Shown: positions 1 through 9,905 of the stretch, piece after piece
Numbering within the stretch: the first letter of the stretch is position 1
How the letters are laid out: each line of letters starts with the position of its first letter
Assembly: GCA_017986055.1 (NCBI GenBank)
Contig: JAGNWH010000004.1
Span: forward strand, 1,356-65,355
Reading direction: 5' to 3'
Length of the DNA: 64,000 nt
Source: Limnohabitans sp.
Lineage (GTDB): Bacteria > Pseudomonadota > Gammaproteobacteria > Burkholderiales > Burkholderiaceae_C
The notes under the pieces: model-generated
Seen by the model: only the letters and a program-made list of their open reading frames with translations
Databases searched by the model: none
What the model was told of the DNA's origin: nothing
Position numbers and translations under genes: made by a program

Positions 1-1
1 C

Positions 2-211
2 CAGGGCCAGTTTTTTCTGGGCAAACAAGCTGTCACGGCCGATGCACTGGAAAACGCCTTGCGCGAGCACGCGGCCAAAGACCCACAGCCACAGCTCTAC
101 ATTCGGGGTGACAAAAAAGTCGCTTATGAACATGTGGCCCAGGCGATGACAGCCGCACAACGGGCAGGCTTGGCCAAAATCGGCTTTGTCACCGAAGGCC
201 AAAAGCCATGA
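2..211 (+). CDS. exbD: ExbD/TolR family biopolymer transport protein, C-terminal part (5' end outside window)
   Basis: Frame 2 reads QGQFFLGKQAVTADALENALREHAAKDPQPQLYIRGDKKVAYEHVAQAMTAAQRAGLAKIGFVTEGQKP*, a typical ExbD periplasmic domain; its stop overlaps the next ATG (ATGA at 208-211). Not in the ORF track. Confidence 0.85.
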   Translation, partial: QGQFFLGKQAVTADALENALREHAAKDPQPQLYIRGDKKVAYEHVAQAMTAAQRAGLAKIGFVTEGQKP

Positions 212-432
212 GTTTGAAGCCCGCTGTGGCTGCGTCCACAGAGCTGACAACGCCGGGCAAGGCCCACCCGTCGCCATTGCCTGCCCATCCCACACCGATC
301 AAGTCCAACGGGCCGCAAACCCTGGACAGCCGTGAACTGCTGGGCGACCAGGCCATAGTGTTGATTCAGCACCAGGGAGAAATCTACCGGCTGCAAACCA
401 CGCGGCAAGGCAAGTTGATCCTGACCAAATGA
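208..432 (+). CDS. hemP: Hemin uptake protein HemP/HmuP
   Basis: C-terminal LDSRELLG...IQHQGEIYRLQTTRQGKLILTK signature; translationally coupled to exbD. Confidence 0.9.
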   Translation: MSLKPAVAASTELTTPGKAHPSPLPAHPTPIKSNGPQTLDSRELLGDQAIVLIQHQGEIYRLQTTRQGKLILTK

Positions 433-456
433 AGCCTTGATCTGTCAGGTCCCATG

Positions 457-487
457 AAAAAACCGGACGCGAGGTCCGGTGTTTTCA
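457..487. terminator. Probable bidirectional intrinsic terminator between hemP and ahpF
   Basis: AAAAAACCGGAC-GCGAG-GTCCGGTGTTTT hairpin between convergent genes. Confidence 0.65.
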
Positions 488-504
488 TGTCGGCACGAAG
501 CCAA

Positions 505-2055
505 TCAAGAGCGGATAAGGTGGTCAAAAGCGCTGAGTGCGGCCTTGGCGCCCTCGCCTGCAGCGATCACGATCTGCTTGTACGGTACGGTGGTGCAGTC
601 TCCTGCCGCAAACACCCCAGGCACATTGGTGTGGCCCTTGGCGTCCACCACGATCTCACCAAACTTGCTCAGCTCGACCGTGCCTTTGAGGAACTCGGTG
701 TTGGGCACCAAGCCGATTTGCACGAACACGCCCGCCAATTCGACATGGTGCTCGGTGCCGGTCGCGCGGTCTTTGTAACTGATGCCATTGACCTTGCTGC
801 CGTCGCCCGTGATCTCGGTCGTCTGGGCGTTGGTGTGCACCGTCACGTTGGGCAGGCTGTGCAACTTTTTGACCAACACCGCATCGGCTTTCAATTGCTC
901 AGCGAATTCGATCACAGTGACGTGTTCGACGATGCCCGCCAAATCGATCGCCGCTTCGATGCCGGAGTTGCCGCCGCCGATCACGGCGGTGCGCTTGCCC
1001 TTGAACAACGGACCATCGCAATGCGGGCAATAGGCCACGCCTTTGTTTTTGTACTCGGCTTCGCCGGGCACGTTCACATTGCGCCAACGGGCTCCGGTGG
1101 ACAAAATCACGGTCTTGGCCTTGAGTGTGCCGCCGTTTTCCATCTGCACCTGCACCAAACCGTCTGCGCCCGCGGGGATCAATTTGTCAGCGCGTTGCAG
1201 GTTCATGATGTCCACACCGTAATGTCGCACTTGGGCTTCGAGCGCGGCGGCAAACTTGGGGCCATCGGTCTCCAGCACCGAGATGTAGTTTTCAATCGCC
1301 ATGGTGTCGTTGGTCTGGCCGCCAAAGCGCTCAGCAGCCACACCCACGCGAATGCCCTTGCGGGCGGCGTACACAGCCGCAGCCGCACCAGCGGGTCCAC
1401 CACCCACAATCAAAACCTCAAACGCGTCTTTGGCGTTGAGCTTGACGGCTTCACGCTCCCCGGCGTTGGTGTCCAGCTTGGCCACGATTTCCTCAACAGA
1501 CATGCGACCGGAGCCAAACACTTTGCCGTTCAAAAACACCATGGGCACGGCCATGATCTGGCGCTCTTCCACTTCTTTTTGGAACGCACCGCCTTCGATG
1601 ACCACGGTCTTGACCTTGGGGTTCATGATCGCCATCAAAGACAAGGCCTGCACCACATCAGGGCAGTTGTGGCAAGACAAGGACATGTAAACCTCAAAGC
1701 TGAAGTCACCCTCCAAGGCCTTGATGCTGTCGATCACATCCTGCTCGACTTTGGGTGGGTGGCCGCCAGTCCAAAGCAGCGCCAACACCAGCGAGGTGAA
1801 CTCGTGCCCGAGCGGCAGACCGGCAAAACGCACGCCTTCGGTTTGCCCATCGCGGGCAACGACAAAAGACGGCTTGCGGCTGTCATGGCCCGAAGTGTCC
1901 AAAGTGACCTTGTCAGACAGGCTGACGATGGTCTCCAACAGGCTCTTCATGTCGGTGCCAGTTTCACTGTCGTCCAGCGAAGCGATCAAGCGAATCGGCT
2001 GGCGCAGCAAGGCCAAATATTGCTGCAATTGGGCTTTGAGGGTGTCGTCGAGCAT
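505..2055 (-). CDS. ahpF: Alkyl hydroperoxide reductase subunit F
   Basis: CHNC and CPHC redox motifs, GGGPAG and GGGNSG dinucleotide-binding motifs, 516 aa, downstream of ahpC. Confidence 0.97.
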   Translation of the reverse strand: MLDDTLKAQLQQYLALLRQPIRLIASLDDSETGTDMKSLLETIVSLSDKVTLDTSGHDSRKPSFVVARDGQTEGVRFAGLPLGHEFTSLVLALLWTGGHPPKVEQDVIDSIKALEGDFSFEVYMSLSCHNCPDVVQALSLMAIMNPKVKTVVIEGGAFQKEVEERQIMAVPMVFLNGKVFGSGRMSVEEIVAKLDTNAGEREAVKLNAKDAFEVLIVGGGPAGAAAAVYAARKGIRVGVAAERFGGQTNDTMAIENYISVLETDGPKFAAALEAQVRHYGVDIMNLQRADKLIPAGADGLVQVQMENGGTLKAKTVILSTGARWRNVNVPGEAEYKNKGVAYCPHCDGPLFKGKRTAVIGGGNSGIEAAIDLAGIVEHVTVIEFAEQLKADAVLVKKLHSLPNVTVHTNAQTTEITGDGSKVNGISYKDRATGTEHHVELAGVFVQIGLVPNTEFLKGTVELSKFGEIVVDAKGHTNVPGVFAAGDCTTVPYKQIVIAAGEGAKAALSAFDHLIRS

Positions 2056-2247
2056 GGTTTTCTCCGGTTTCAGGCTACAAAAATCCCAGACCCTCGCTTG
2101 TGACGGGGCCGATTTTTAAGGGGTTGGTGGGAATCGTTGAGGGCAGCTCACGGCAGGCTTGTGACCTGAATGGGCTGCGCTCAACGTCCTGCAAGGCAGG
2201 CCGTCGGCTCAAGACTGCCCTGATTGAACAGGGCGTCCGATCAAGAT

Positions 2248-2811
2248 TTAGATCTTGCCGACCAGGTCGATGGAAGGAGCCAAAGTCTTGGCGCCTTCTT
2301 TCCACTTGGCTGGGCACACTTGGCCGGGGTTGGCGGCGGTGTACTGGGCAGCGGTCAGCTTGCGCAGGGTCTCAGACACGTCACGGGCGATTTCGTTGGA
2401 ATGGATCTCCACGGTCTTGATCATCAACTCGGGGTTGATGATGAAAGTGCCGCGCAGTGCCAGGCCTTCTTCGTCAATGTGCACGCCAAATGCGCGTGTC
2501 AGCGCGTGTGTAGGGTCGCCCATCAATGGGAACTTGGCCTTGCCCACGGCAGGCGAAGTCTCGTGCCAGACTTTGTGCGAGAAGTGGGTGTCGGTGGTCA
2601 CGATGTAGACCTCGGCACCGGCTTTCTGGAAAGCCGCATAGTTGTCGGCCGCGTCTTCGATTTCTGTGGGGCAGTTGAAGGTGAACGCAGCGGGCATGAA
2701 AATCAGCACGTTCCACTTGCCTTTGAGGCTTTGCTCGGTGACTTCGATGAACTTGCCGTTGTGAAAAGCCTGGGCTTTGAAGGGCTGAACTTGTGTGTTG
2801 ATCAGGGACAT
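2248..2811 (-). CDS. ahpC: Alkyl hydroperoxide reductase subunit C (2-Cys peroxiredoxin)
   Basis: FTFNCPTE peroxidatic and VCPAKW resolving motifs, 187 aa, ends DLVGKI. Confidence 0.97.
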   Translation of the reverse strand: MSLINTQVQPFKAQAFHNGKFIEVTEQSLKGKWNVLIFMPAAFTFNCPTEIEDAADNYAAFQKAGAEVYIVTTDTHFSHKVWHETSPAVGKAKFPLMGDPTHALTRAFGVHIDEEGLALRGTFIINPELMIKTVEIHSNEIARDVSETLRKLTAAQYTAANPGQVCPAKWKEGAKTLAPSIDLVGKI

Positions 2812-2896
2812 GGTGTTTCCTTTGGTTGGTTTAAAAAAACTATCGAATGAGAAAACTCATTGGTAGCAATCATAATGCAGCCCAGGTCGATGAGCC

Positions 2897-2933
2897 ATGA
2901 ATAGTTCCTATCAAACCGATAGGCAAAACCTTC
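2897..2933 (-). promoter_or_regulatory. Probable OxyR binding site upstream of ahpC
   Basis: ATGA-N7-CTAT-N7-ATAG-N7-CTTC matches the OxyR ATAG-N7-CTAT-N7-ATAG-N7-CTAT pattern; minus-strand -10-like TATGAT at 2869-2874. Confidence 0.7.
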
Positions 2934-2948
2934 AGCCGCGTCAACCCT

Positions 2949-3371
2949 TCATGGCCGCTTGGCATTTCGGGCTGGGCCAACAGCAAACCCGAGTGCCAGG
3001 CACAGCCAAGCCAAAATCCAGGCCCCACCACCCCAAGGCACCATGGCCCGCAGCGCGTCAAACCCCAGCACATTGCGTGCATACAGGTTGAAGCTGAACA
3101 AGAGCAAGCCCACGAGCATCAGCCAGCCAGCGGCTTGCAGCCATCGCGAAACGCCAAAGCAAGCGCTGACCAAACCCACTAGCACCAAGCCCAGCGAATG
3201 GAACTGTTGCTGGGTCAGCGCGGTTTGCACCATGGCCGGCACGCCGCCCGCAAACACGGGCAAATGCGCGAATGCCGCGCTGAACACCACGCTGGAACAC
3301 GCGCTCAGGGCACCCAGCGACAAGAAAATTCGGGCGGATACGGGCAAAGAATGCTGCGGGGTCAAATTCAT
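2949..3371 (-). CDS. DUF423 family membrane protein
   Basis: Four hydrophobic segments, AFAH...QQFHSLGL...LFSFNLY...PWGG..WILAW pattern; start trimmed to MNLTPQ. Confidence 0.75.
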   Translation of the reverse strand: MNLTPQHSLPVSARIFLSLGALSACSSVVFSAAFAHLPVFAGGVPAMVQTALTQQQFHSLGLVLVGLVSACFGVSRWLQAAGWLMLVGLLLFSFNLYARNVLGFDALRAMVPWGGGAWILAWLCLALGFAVGPARNAKRP

Positions 3372-3426
3372 GGGGGTCCTGCCGAAAACAACAAGCCACA
3401 TTGGAGCATGGCTTTGTGCCAAGCCC

Positions 3427-3440
3427 TTGACCTTGATCAG
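3427..3440 (+). promoter_or_regulatory. FNR/Anr-like box
   Basis: TTGAC-CTTG-ATCAG (consensus TTGAT-N4-ATCAA) inside a longer AAGCCC...GGGCTT palindrome, with a -10-like CACAGT at 3463-3468 (class II spacing). Confidence 0.5.
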
Positions 3441-3498
3441 GGCTTTCGCGAGCCTTTTGGCGCACAGTGAATCACCCAAACCCATTCAAGGATGCCCC

Positions 3499-3627
3499 AT
3501 GAAAATGCTGATTGACCTGTTTTCGACCGACTATGGCTTGATGAGTTTGGGCGTGATCGTGTTCATGCTGCTCATGGCCGCTTTTTTCTTGCGCATGTTT
3601 GTGCACAAAATGAACCACAACGAATAA
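3499..3627 (+). CDS. DUF3149 family small membrane protein (42 aa)
   Basis: MKMLIDLFSTDYGLMSLGVIVFMLLMAAFFLRMFVHKMNHNE; DLFSTDYGLMS signature and AAGGA RBS; it is the C-terminal part of the 2959..3627 track ORF. Confidence 0.85.
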   Translation: MKMLIDLFSTDYGLMSLGVIVFMLLMAAFFLRMFVHKMNHNE

Positions 3628-3637
3628 AAATGCGCCC

Positions 3638-4807
3638 TCAGAGCAAGGGCCTGCGGTAGCCACCAGCATGGCCATTGGGTGAGAAAACAACTTGCCAAAG
3701 TTGGTTGTCTCGGGCCCGAAAGGTGCCCGCACAGCACAACAGGTAATAACGCCACATGCGGTAAAAACGCTCGCCATACCGGCCTTGCAGTGAGGGCCAA
3801 GCGTCTTCGAATCGGGCGTTCCAAGCCATCAGGGTTTTGTCGTAATCTTCGCCAAAGTTATGCCAGTCCTCCATGACGAAGTGGTCTTCGCTGGCCAAAG
3901 CGAGGTCCGATGACGACGGCAAGACCCCGTTGGGGAAGATGTATTTTTCAATCCAGCGGTCAATGCCCGCCCCCGACCGGTTCTTGCCAATGGTGTGCAG
4001 CAAAAACAAACCATCGTCACGCAAGCTGCGCCGTGCCATGTCAAAGTAAGCGCGGTAGTTTTTGTGGCCCACATGCTCGAACATGCCCACTGAGGCGATG
4101 CGGTCAAAGCGTTGTTCACCGTCAGGGTTGAAGCGCCGGTAATCCAACAGCTCAAACCGGACTGGCAAATCTCGTGCTTTTTCTGCACCCAAGCGGGCTT
4201 GCTCTTTGGAAACAGTCAGCCCCACGCACTGCACGCCGTAATGCTTGGCGGCAAAGCACATCAAACTGCCCCAGCCGCAGCCAATGTCCAGCAAACGCAT
4301 GCCCGGCTGGAGCTGCAACTTTTGACAAATCAGGTCCAGCTTGGCCTCTTGCGCCTGTGCCAAGGTTTGCGCCACGGGCCAATAGCCACAGCTGTAAGCC
4401 ATGGTCGGGTCGAGCATGGCTTCGTACAAATCGTTGCCCAAGTCGTAATGCACCTCGCCCACCTGCCACGCACGGCTTTGGGATTGCAGGTTGGTCAGTC
4501 GCGCCTTGAGCGAGGCCCACAGCCAGCCGGCACGGCCAACCTGCTCGTCCAGCCGCGCTCGCAAAATGCGGGCAATGAATTCGTCGAGCTGGTTGCAGTC
4601 CCACCAGCCGTCCACATAGCTCTCTCCCAAACCCAAACTGCCCTGCGTCAAGATGCGGTCAAAGGTGGCCGGATGGTGCACGCGCATGTCCCAGGGTCTG
4701 CCACCCCCAACCCGAATGTCGGCGGTGGCCAACAACTGAGATGCCCTGCGCCAGTTGTCGTCGGTGTTGACCAGCGACTGTGTTGACCACGCGATGCCTG
4801 AACCCAT
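3638..4807 (-). CDS. cfa: Cyclopropane-fatty-acyl-phospholipid synthase
   Basis: HYDLGNDLY, YSCGYW, LDIGCGWG, SVGMFEHVG, KYIFPNG and RMWRYYL motifs; AGGAG RBS. Confidence 0.95.
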   Translation of the reverse strand: MGSGIAWSTQSLVNTDDNWRRASQLLATADIRVGGGRPWDMRVHHPATFDRILTQGSLGLGESYVDGWWDCNQLDEFIARILRARLDEQVGRAGWLWASLKARLTNLQSQSRAWQVGEVHYDLGNDLYEAMLDPTMAYSCGYWPVAQTLAQAQEAKLDLICQKLQLQPGMRLLDIGCGWGSLMCFAAKHYGVQCVGLTVSKEQARLGAEKARDLPVRFELLDYRRFNPDGEQRFDRIASVGMFEHVGHKNYRAYFDMARRSLRDDGLFLLHTIGKNRSGAGIDRWIEKYIFPNGVLPSSSDLALASEDHFVMEDWHNFGEDYDKTLMAWNARFEDAWPSLQGRYGERFYRMWRYYLLCCAGTFRARDNQLWQVVFSPNGHAGGYRRPLL

Positions 4808-4984
4808 GCGTCTCTCCTGAACCGATGCCCCCGGCCGTGTTGGTCGGGATGAAGTTCATGCTAGAGGGCCGCAGCTCGATTGGGTATTCAAGCTTTCAAG
4901 TAGTGCTTTACCCCAAAACCATTAGCCGGAGTGCTTTCTGGCGGGTCTTTCGGCCTGCTGGACGTGCATGCCAGATGTGCATAA

Positions 4985-5005
4985 TTGACGTTGACGTAAC
5001 GTCAA
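4985..5005 (+). promoter_or_regulatory. LiuR-like operator (overlapping TTGACGT half-sites)
   Basis: TTGACGTTGACGTAACGTCAA about 20 nt upstream of an acyl-CoA SDR gene; resembles the TTTACGT-N2-ACGTAAA LiuR motif. Confidence 0.5.
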
Positions 5006-5024
5006 TCAAATTCAGGAGCTCAAC

Positions 5025-5783
5025 ATGGACATTCAAGGCAAAGTTTTCATCGTCACAGGTGGCGCATCCGGTCTGGGCGAAGGCACCGCCCGCATGCTGG
5101 CGGCCCATGGGGCCAAAGTCGTCATTGCCGACATGCAGGCCGAAAAAGGCGCGGCTGTGGCCAAAGAACTGGGCGGCGCGTTCGTCAAGTGCGACGTCAG
5201 CAACGAAGCCGATGGCCAAGCCGTGGTGGCCCAAGCCGTGGCCATGGGCAAGCTCATGGGATTGGTCAACTGCGCGGGCATCGCCCCCGCAGAAAAAACC
5301 GTGGGCAAAAACGGCGCGCACAGCCTGGCCGTCTACACCAAGACCATCATGGTCAACCTGGTCGGCACCTTCAACATGATCCGACTGGCATCGGAAGCCA
5401 TGTGCAAAAACGAGCCCGAAGCCACAGGCGAGCGCGGCGTGTTGATCAGCACCGCCAGCGTGGCTGCTTATGACGGCCAAATTGGCCAAGCCGCCTATGC
5501 CGCATCCAAAGGCGGCGTGGTCGGCATGACACTGCCCATCGCCCGCGACCTGGCCCGCAACGGCATCCGCAACATGACCATTGCCCCCGGTATTTTTGGC
5601 ACCCCCATGCTGTTTGGCATGCCCCAAGAAGTGCAAGACGCGCTGGCGGCAGGCGTGCCCTTCCCCAGCCGCTTGGGCACTCCCCAGGACTACGCCAAAC
5701 TGGCCAAGCACATCATCGAAAACGACATGCTCAATGGCGAAGTGATTCGGTTGGATGGGGCGATTCGCTTGGCACCCAAGTGA
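5025..5783 (+). CDS. 3-hydroxyacyl-CoA dehydrogenase, SDR family (HSD10/FadB2x-like)
   Basis: [34 protein letters not shown]; AGGAG RBS. Confidence 0.92.
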   Translation: MDIQGKVFIVTGGASGLGEGTARMLAAHGAKVVIADMQAEKGAAVAKELGGAFVKCDVSNEADGQAVVAQAVAMGKLMGLVNCAGIAPAEKTVGKNGAHSLAVYTKTIMVNLVGTFNMIRLASEAMCKNEPEATGERGVLISTASVAAYDGQIGQAAYAASKGGVVGMTLPIARDLARNGIRNMTIAPGIFGTPMLFGMPQEVQDALAAGVPFPSRLGTPQDYAKLAKHIIENDMLNGEVIRLDGAIRLAPK

Positions 5784-5870
5784 ACTAAAACTGCTCACAA
5801 TGGCTTGCGGTTCAGGCCTGCTGGCACTCGGGGAAATTTACCGATAGCATGTTCCTGTCACGGAGAACAC

Positions 5871-7676
5871 ATGGAAAAAACCCTGCCATTCAGCCTGATT
5901 TGTCTTTCGCTCTTGAGCGCCTGCACCGTCCCGCCCAGCAGCCCTTGGCGCTACAGCGTGCCCGAGCAACCCGAAGCTGCCAGTGGCAACACCGACAAAC
6001 CCGGCTGGGCCTATGCGCGGCAGGCTGTGGCCGCCGCCAACCCGCTGGCCACCGATGCCGGGCAGCAAATTTTGCAGGCTGGGGGTTCGGCCATGGATGC
6101 CGCCATAGCCGTGCAGCTGGTGCTGGGTTTGGTGGAGCCGCAGTCCAGTGGTATCGGCGGCGGGGCTTTTTTGCTGCACTTTGATGGCCAGAAAGTCACG
6201 GCGCACGACGGGCGCGAGACCGCCCCGGCGGGTGCCCAGGGCGACATGTTTGTGGGTGACAACGGCAAGCCCCTCCTGTTTGACGATGCGGTCTTAAGTG
6301 GCCATTCCGTGGGCGTGCCCGGCGCGATGCGCATGCTGGAAGCCGCACACCGGCAGCACGGTGTCTTGCCTTGGGCCCAGTTGTTTGCGCCCGCCATCAC
6401 GTTGGCCGAACAAGGCTTCAAGGTCAGTGCGCGCCTGCACGCCCTGCTGCAAGCCGATCCACACCTGAAAAAAGACCCTCTGGCCCTGCGCTTTTTCTAC
6501 AACGCACAAGGCCAGGCTTGGCCTGTGAGCCATGTGCTGCGCAACCCCGAATACGCCCATGTGCTGCGCCGCATGGCCAGCGAAGGCAGCCGTGCCCTGC
6601 ACGAAGGGCTTGTGGCCCAGGCCATTGTTCAGCGCACACAAGCCGCGCCACGCCCCGGAAGTTTGAGTCTGCAAGACCTGGCCAACTACCAGCCCCGTGA
6701 ACGTGAAGCCTTGTGCTTCGATCACACCGCGCGGTCTCGCGCGTACCGCATCTGTGGTTTTCCACCGCCGTCATCGGGCCAGATCGCCATTGGGCAGATC
6801 CTGGGCGTGCTGGCCAACACAAGCGCTCAGGGTGCCGAATTTGCAGACGGCTTGCCCTCACCCGACTGGTTGCACCGCTACACCGAGGCCTCGCGCCTGG
6901 CCTTTGCTGACCGGGCACAGTACGTGGCCGACCCCGACTTTGTGCGTGCACCCGCTGGCGATTGGCGCAGCTTGCTCGGGTCAGCTTATCTGCGCGAACG
7001 CAGCCAACTGATCGGCAACCAGTCGATGAAAGTTGCCACAGCCGGACGGCCAGGCGGCACCCCCACCAGCTTTGCACCCATGCCTGCGCAAGCCGAATAC
7101 GGCACCAGCCACATCAGCGTGGTCGATGCCCAAGGCCGGGCTGTGGCCATGACCACCACCATCGAGGCCGCCTTTGGTTCGCGTCGCATGGTCACCACCG
7201 ACCCCACACGGCCCGGTGGCTTTTTGCTCAACAACGAACTGACCGATTTCAGCTTTGTGCCCTCCGACGCGCAAGGCCGGCCCATTGCCAACCGGGTCGA
7301 ACCCGGCAAACGTCCACGCTCGTCCATGTCGCCCACGCTGGTGTTCGACAAAGCCACGGGGCAGTTGGTCATGAGCGGCGGCAGCCCGGGCGGGGCACTC
7401 ATCATTCACTACACGGCCAAGCTCTTGACGGGCACGCTGCACTGGGGCCTGAACGCCCAGCAGGCCGTCAGTCTGCCCAACTTTGGCTCACTCAATGGCC
7501 CCACGCTGCTGGAGGCCAAACGCTTCCCACCCAGCACCGCAGATGCGTTGAAAGCCCGAGGTCATGATGTGCGTGAGATGGACATGACCAGCGGCCTGCA
7601 AGCCATTGAGCGCACACCTCAAGGCTGGTTTGGTGGGGCTGATCCACGCCGTGAGGGTGTGGTGTTGGGGGACTGA
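5871..7676 (+). CDS. ggt: Gamma-glutamyltransferase (probable lipoprotein)
   Basis: EPQSSGIGGG, DGRETAP, GTSHISVVD (Thr nucleophile), LNNELTDF, RPRSSMSP, GSPGG, GGADPRREG; LLSAC lipobox; GGAG RBS before MEKTLP. Confidence 0.93.
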   Translation: MEKTLPFSLICLSLLSACTVPPSSPWRYSVPEQPEAASGNTDKPGWAYARQAVAAANPLATDAGQQILQAGGSAMDAAIAVQLVLGLVEPQSSGIGGGAFLLHFDGQKVTAHDGRETAPAGAQGDMFVGDNGKPLLFDDAVLSGHSVGVPGAMRMLEAAHRQHGVLPWAQLFAPAITLAEQGFKVSARLHALLQADPHLKKDPLALRFFYNAQGQAWPVSHVLRNPEYAHVLRRMASEGSRALHEGLVAQAIVQRTQAAPRPGSLSLQDLANYQPREREALCFDHTARSRAYRICGFPPPSSGQIAIGQILGVLANTSAQGAEFADGLPSPDWLHRYTEASRLAFADRAQYVADPDFVRAPAGDWRSLLGSAYLRERSQLIGNQSMKVATAGRPGGTPTSFAPMPAQAEYGTSHISVVDAQGRAVAMTTTIEAAFGSRRMVTTDPTRPGGFLLNNELTDFSFVPSDAQGRPIANRVEPGKRPRSSMSPTLVFDKATGQLVMSGGSPGGALIIHYTAKLLTGTLHWGLNAQQAVSLPNFGSLNGPTLLEAKRFPPSTADALKARGHDVREMDMTSGLQAIERTPQGWFGGADPRREGVVLGD

Positions 7677-7709
7677 ATCACCAAGCCGTACAGCCCTCAA
7701 AACCAGAAA

Positions 7710-7739
7710 GCAAAACGGCAGCCTAAGCTGCCGTTTTGC
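7710..7739. terminator. Bidirectional intrinsic terminator between ggt and acs
   Basis: GCAAAACGGCAGC-CTAA-GCTGCCGTTTTGC perfect hairpin. Confidence 0.8.
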
Positions 7740-7740
7740 A

Positions 7741-7768
7741 TGGATGCCGGCTCAAGTCCGGCATGACA
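7741..7768 (-). repeat. REP-like short palindromic element (GTCAT...ATCCA type)
   Basis: Minus strand TGTCATGCCGGACTTGAGCCGGCATCCA, resembling the widespread GTCATGCCGGACTTGATCCGGCATCCA intergenic repeat; single copy in this window. Confidence 0.55.
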
Positions 7769-7775
7769 GGTGAGA

Positions 7776-9737
7776 TCAGTACGCCTGACCCAACTGGCTC
7801 AGGATGCCAGGGTTCTCCAGGGTGGAGATGTCTTGCGTGATCTCTTCGCCTTTGGCCAGCGAGCGCAGCAAGCGACGCATGATCTTGCCGGAACGGGTCT
7901 TGGGCAAGTTTTCGCCAAAGCGGATGTCTTTGGGTTTGGCGATCGGGCCGATTTCTTTGGCGATGTGATCGCGCAGTTGCTTGGCAATCGCCTTGCCCTC
8001 TTCGGTGTTGGGCAATGAGCGCTTGAGCACCACAAATGCACAGATGGCTTCGCCTGTGGTGTCATCAGGGCGGCCCACGACAGCGGCTTCAGCCACCAGC
8101 TCGGTGCAGCCAACCAAGGCGGATTCGATTTCCATGGTGCCCATGCGGTGACCCGACACGTTCAGCACGTCGTCAATGCGGCCAGTGATGGTGAAGTACC
8201 CGGTCTTTTCGTCGCGGATCGCGCCGTCGCCAGCCAGGTAGTACTTGCCCTTGAAGTCGTCCGGGTAGTAGCTCTTTTTGAAGCGCTCAGGATCGCCCCA
8301 GATGTTGCGGATCATGGAAGGCCATGGGCGCTTGACGACCAGAATGCCGCCTTGGCCATTGGGCATGTCTTCGCCTGTTTCGCTGACGATGGCGGCCTGG
8401 ATACCAGGGAACGGCAGTGTGCAAGAGCCGGGCACCATGGGGGTCACACCGGGCAGCGGCGTGATCATGTGACCACCGGTTTCGGTTTGCCAGAAAGTGT
8501 CCACAATCGGGCAACGGCTGCCACCCACGTGCTGGTAATACCATTCCCACGCAGCGGGGTTGATCGGCTCGCCGACCGAGCCCAGCAAGCGCAGGCTGGA
8601 CAGGTCATAGCTCTTGGGGTGCACGGCGTCGTTGGCTTCAGCCAGTTTGATCAACGAACGGATGGCGGTGGGAGCGGTGTAGAAAATCGAGACTTTGTGG
8701 TCTTGGATCATTTTCCAGAAGCGGCCAGCATCCGGGTAAGTGGGCACGCCTTCGAACACGATCTCGGTGCCGCCCAAGGCCAGAGGGCCGTAGGTGATGT
8801 AAGTGTGGCCAGTGACCCAGCCGATGTCGGCGGTGCACCAGAACACGTCGTCTGCCTTCAAGTCGAAGGTCCACTTGGTGGTCAAGGCCGCGTGCAGCAA
8901 ATAGCCACCGGTGCTGTGTTGCACGCCTTTTGGCTTGCCAGTCGAGCCGGAGGTGTAGAGCAAGAACAAAGGGTGCTCGGCGCTCACCCACTCTGGCTCG
9001 CAGGTGGTGGCTTGCTTGTCGGCCAAGTCGGCCATCCACAGGTCGCGGCCTGCGGTCATGGCGATTTCATTGCCACTGCGCTTGATGACCAAGACGTTTT
9101 TGATGCTGTCGCAGCCGCCCAAGTTCAGGGCTTCGTCGACGATGGATTTGAGGGGCAGGTGCTTGCCGCCACGCACTTGGTGGTCAGCGGTGATCACGGC
9201 CACAGCGCCAGTGTCTTCAATGCGGTCACGCAGCGATTGGGCCGAAAAGCCCCCAAACACCACCGAGTGGGTCGCACCAATGCGGGCGCAGGCTTGCATG
9301 GCGGCCACGCCTTCAATCGACATCGAAATGTAGATGACAACGCGGTCGCCCTTTTGGACACCCAGGGATTTCAAGGCGTTGGCGTATTGGCAGGTTTTGG
9401 CCAAGAGTTGGCTGTAAGTGATCTTGGTCACTTCGCCGCCATCGGCTTCAAAAATGATGGCGGTCTTGTCGCCCAGGCCTTTTTCGACGTTGCGGTCCAG
9501 GCAGTTGTAAGAAGCATTCAAGGTGCCGTCTTCGAACCACTTGAAGAATGGGGCATTGGACTCGTCCAGCACTTGGGTGAAGGGTGTCTTCCAGGTGATC
9601 AGCTCTTTGGCCAATCGACCCCAATAGCCTTGGTAATCTGTTTCAGCTTCTTTGCACAGCGCTTCGTAGGCGGGCATGCCGGAAACGTGGGCGTTCTTGA
9701 CGAAGTCTGCACTGGGTTGGTAAATGTTGGCGCTCAT
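7776..9737 (-). CDS. acs: Acetate--CoA ligase (acetyl-CoA synthetase)
   Basis: [33 protein letters not shown]; start trimmed to MSANIY after GAGGAG. Confidence 0.97.
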   Translation of the reverse strand: MSANIYQPSADFVKNAHVSGMPAYEALCKEAETDYQGYWGRLAKELITWKTPFTQVLDESNAPFFKWFEDGTLNASYNCLDRNVEKGLGDKTAIIFEADGGEVTKITYSQLLAKTCQYANALKSLGVQKGDRVVIYISMSIEGVAAMQACARIGATHSVVFGGFSAQSLRDRIEDTGAVAVITADHQVRGGKHLPLKSIVDEALNLGGCDSIKNVLVIKRSGNEIAMTAGRDLWMADLADKQATTCEPEWVSAEHPLFLLYTSGSTGKPKGVQHSTGGYLLHAALTTKWTFDLKADDVFWCTADIGWVTGHTYITYGPLALGGTEIVFEGVPTYPDAGRFWKMIQDHKVSIFYTAPTAIRSLIKLAEANDAVHPKSYDLSSLRLLGSVGEPINPAAWEWYYQHVGGSRCPIVDTFWQTETGGHMITPLPGVTPMVPGSCTLPFPGIQAAIVSETGEDMPNGQGGILVVKRPWPSMIRNIWGDPERFKKSYYPDDFKGKYYLAGDGAIRDEKTGYFTITGRIDDVLNVSGHRMGTMEIESALVGCTELVAEAAVVGRPDDTTGEAICAFVVLKRSLPNTEEGKAIAKQLRDHIAKEIGPIAKPKDIRFGENLPKTRSGKIMRRLLRSLAKGEEITQDISTLENPGILSQLGQAY

Positions 9738-9905
9738 CTGATTTGTCTCCTCAATGACATGGCGTTTTTGAAACTGGTGCAAATGTCTGCTTTCGCTCTT
9801 ACAAAGCACTGACTGACAGCAGGCTTGCACAAACAAGGCCTGCGACAGGAGATCTACCGCCTAAAATCGCGGTTTGTCTGAAGTCGCCCACTGTCAAAGA
9901 AATTC

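Noticed and set aside
454-2103. Long antisense ORFs opposite core genes (also 8148..9812, 10257..12275, 22436..24361, 24292..26538, 41471..42982, 50082..52181, 53621..55123)
   Set aside because: They mirror well-identified genes on the other strand, have no recognisable motifs, and are expected shadows of GC-rich codon bias.
4659-4859. Upstream out-of-frame ORF overlapping the cfa start, possible frameshift or leader peptide
   Set aside because: No SD at its ATG, while cfa has a good AGGAG RBS at 4807 and is full length.
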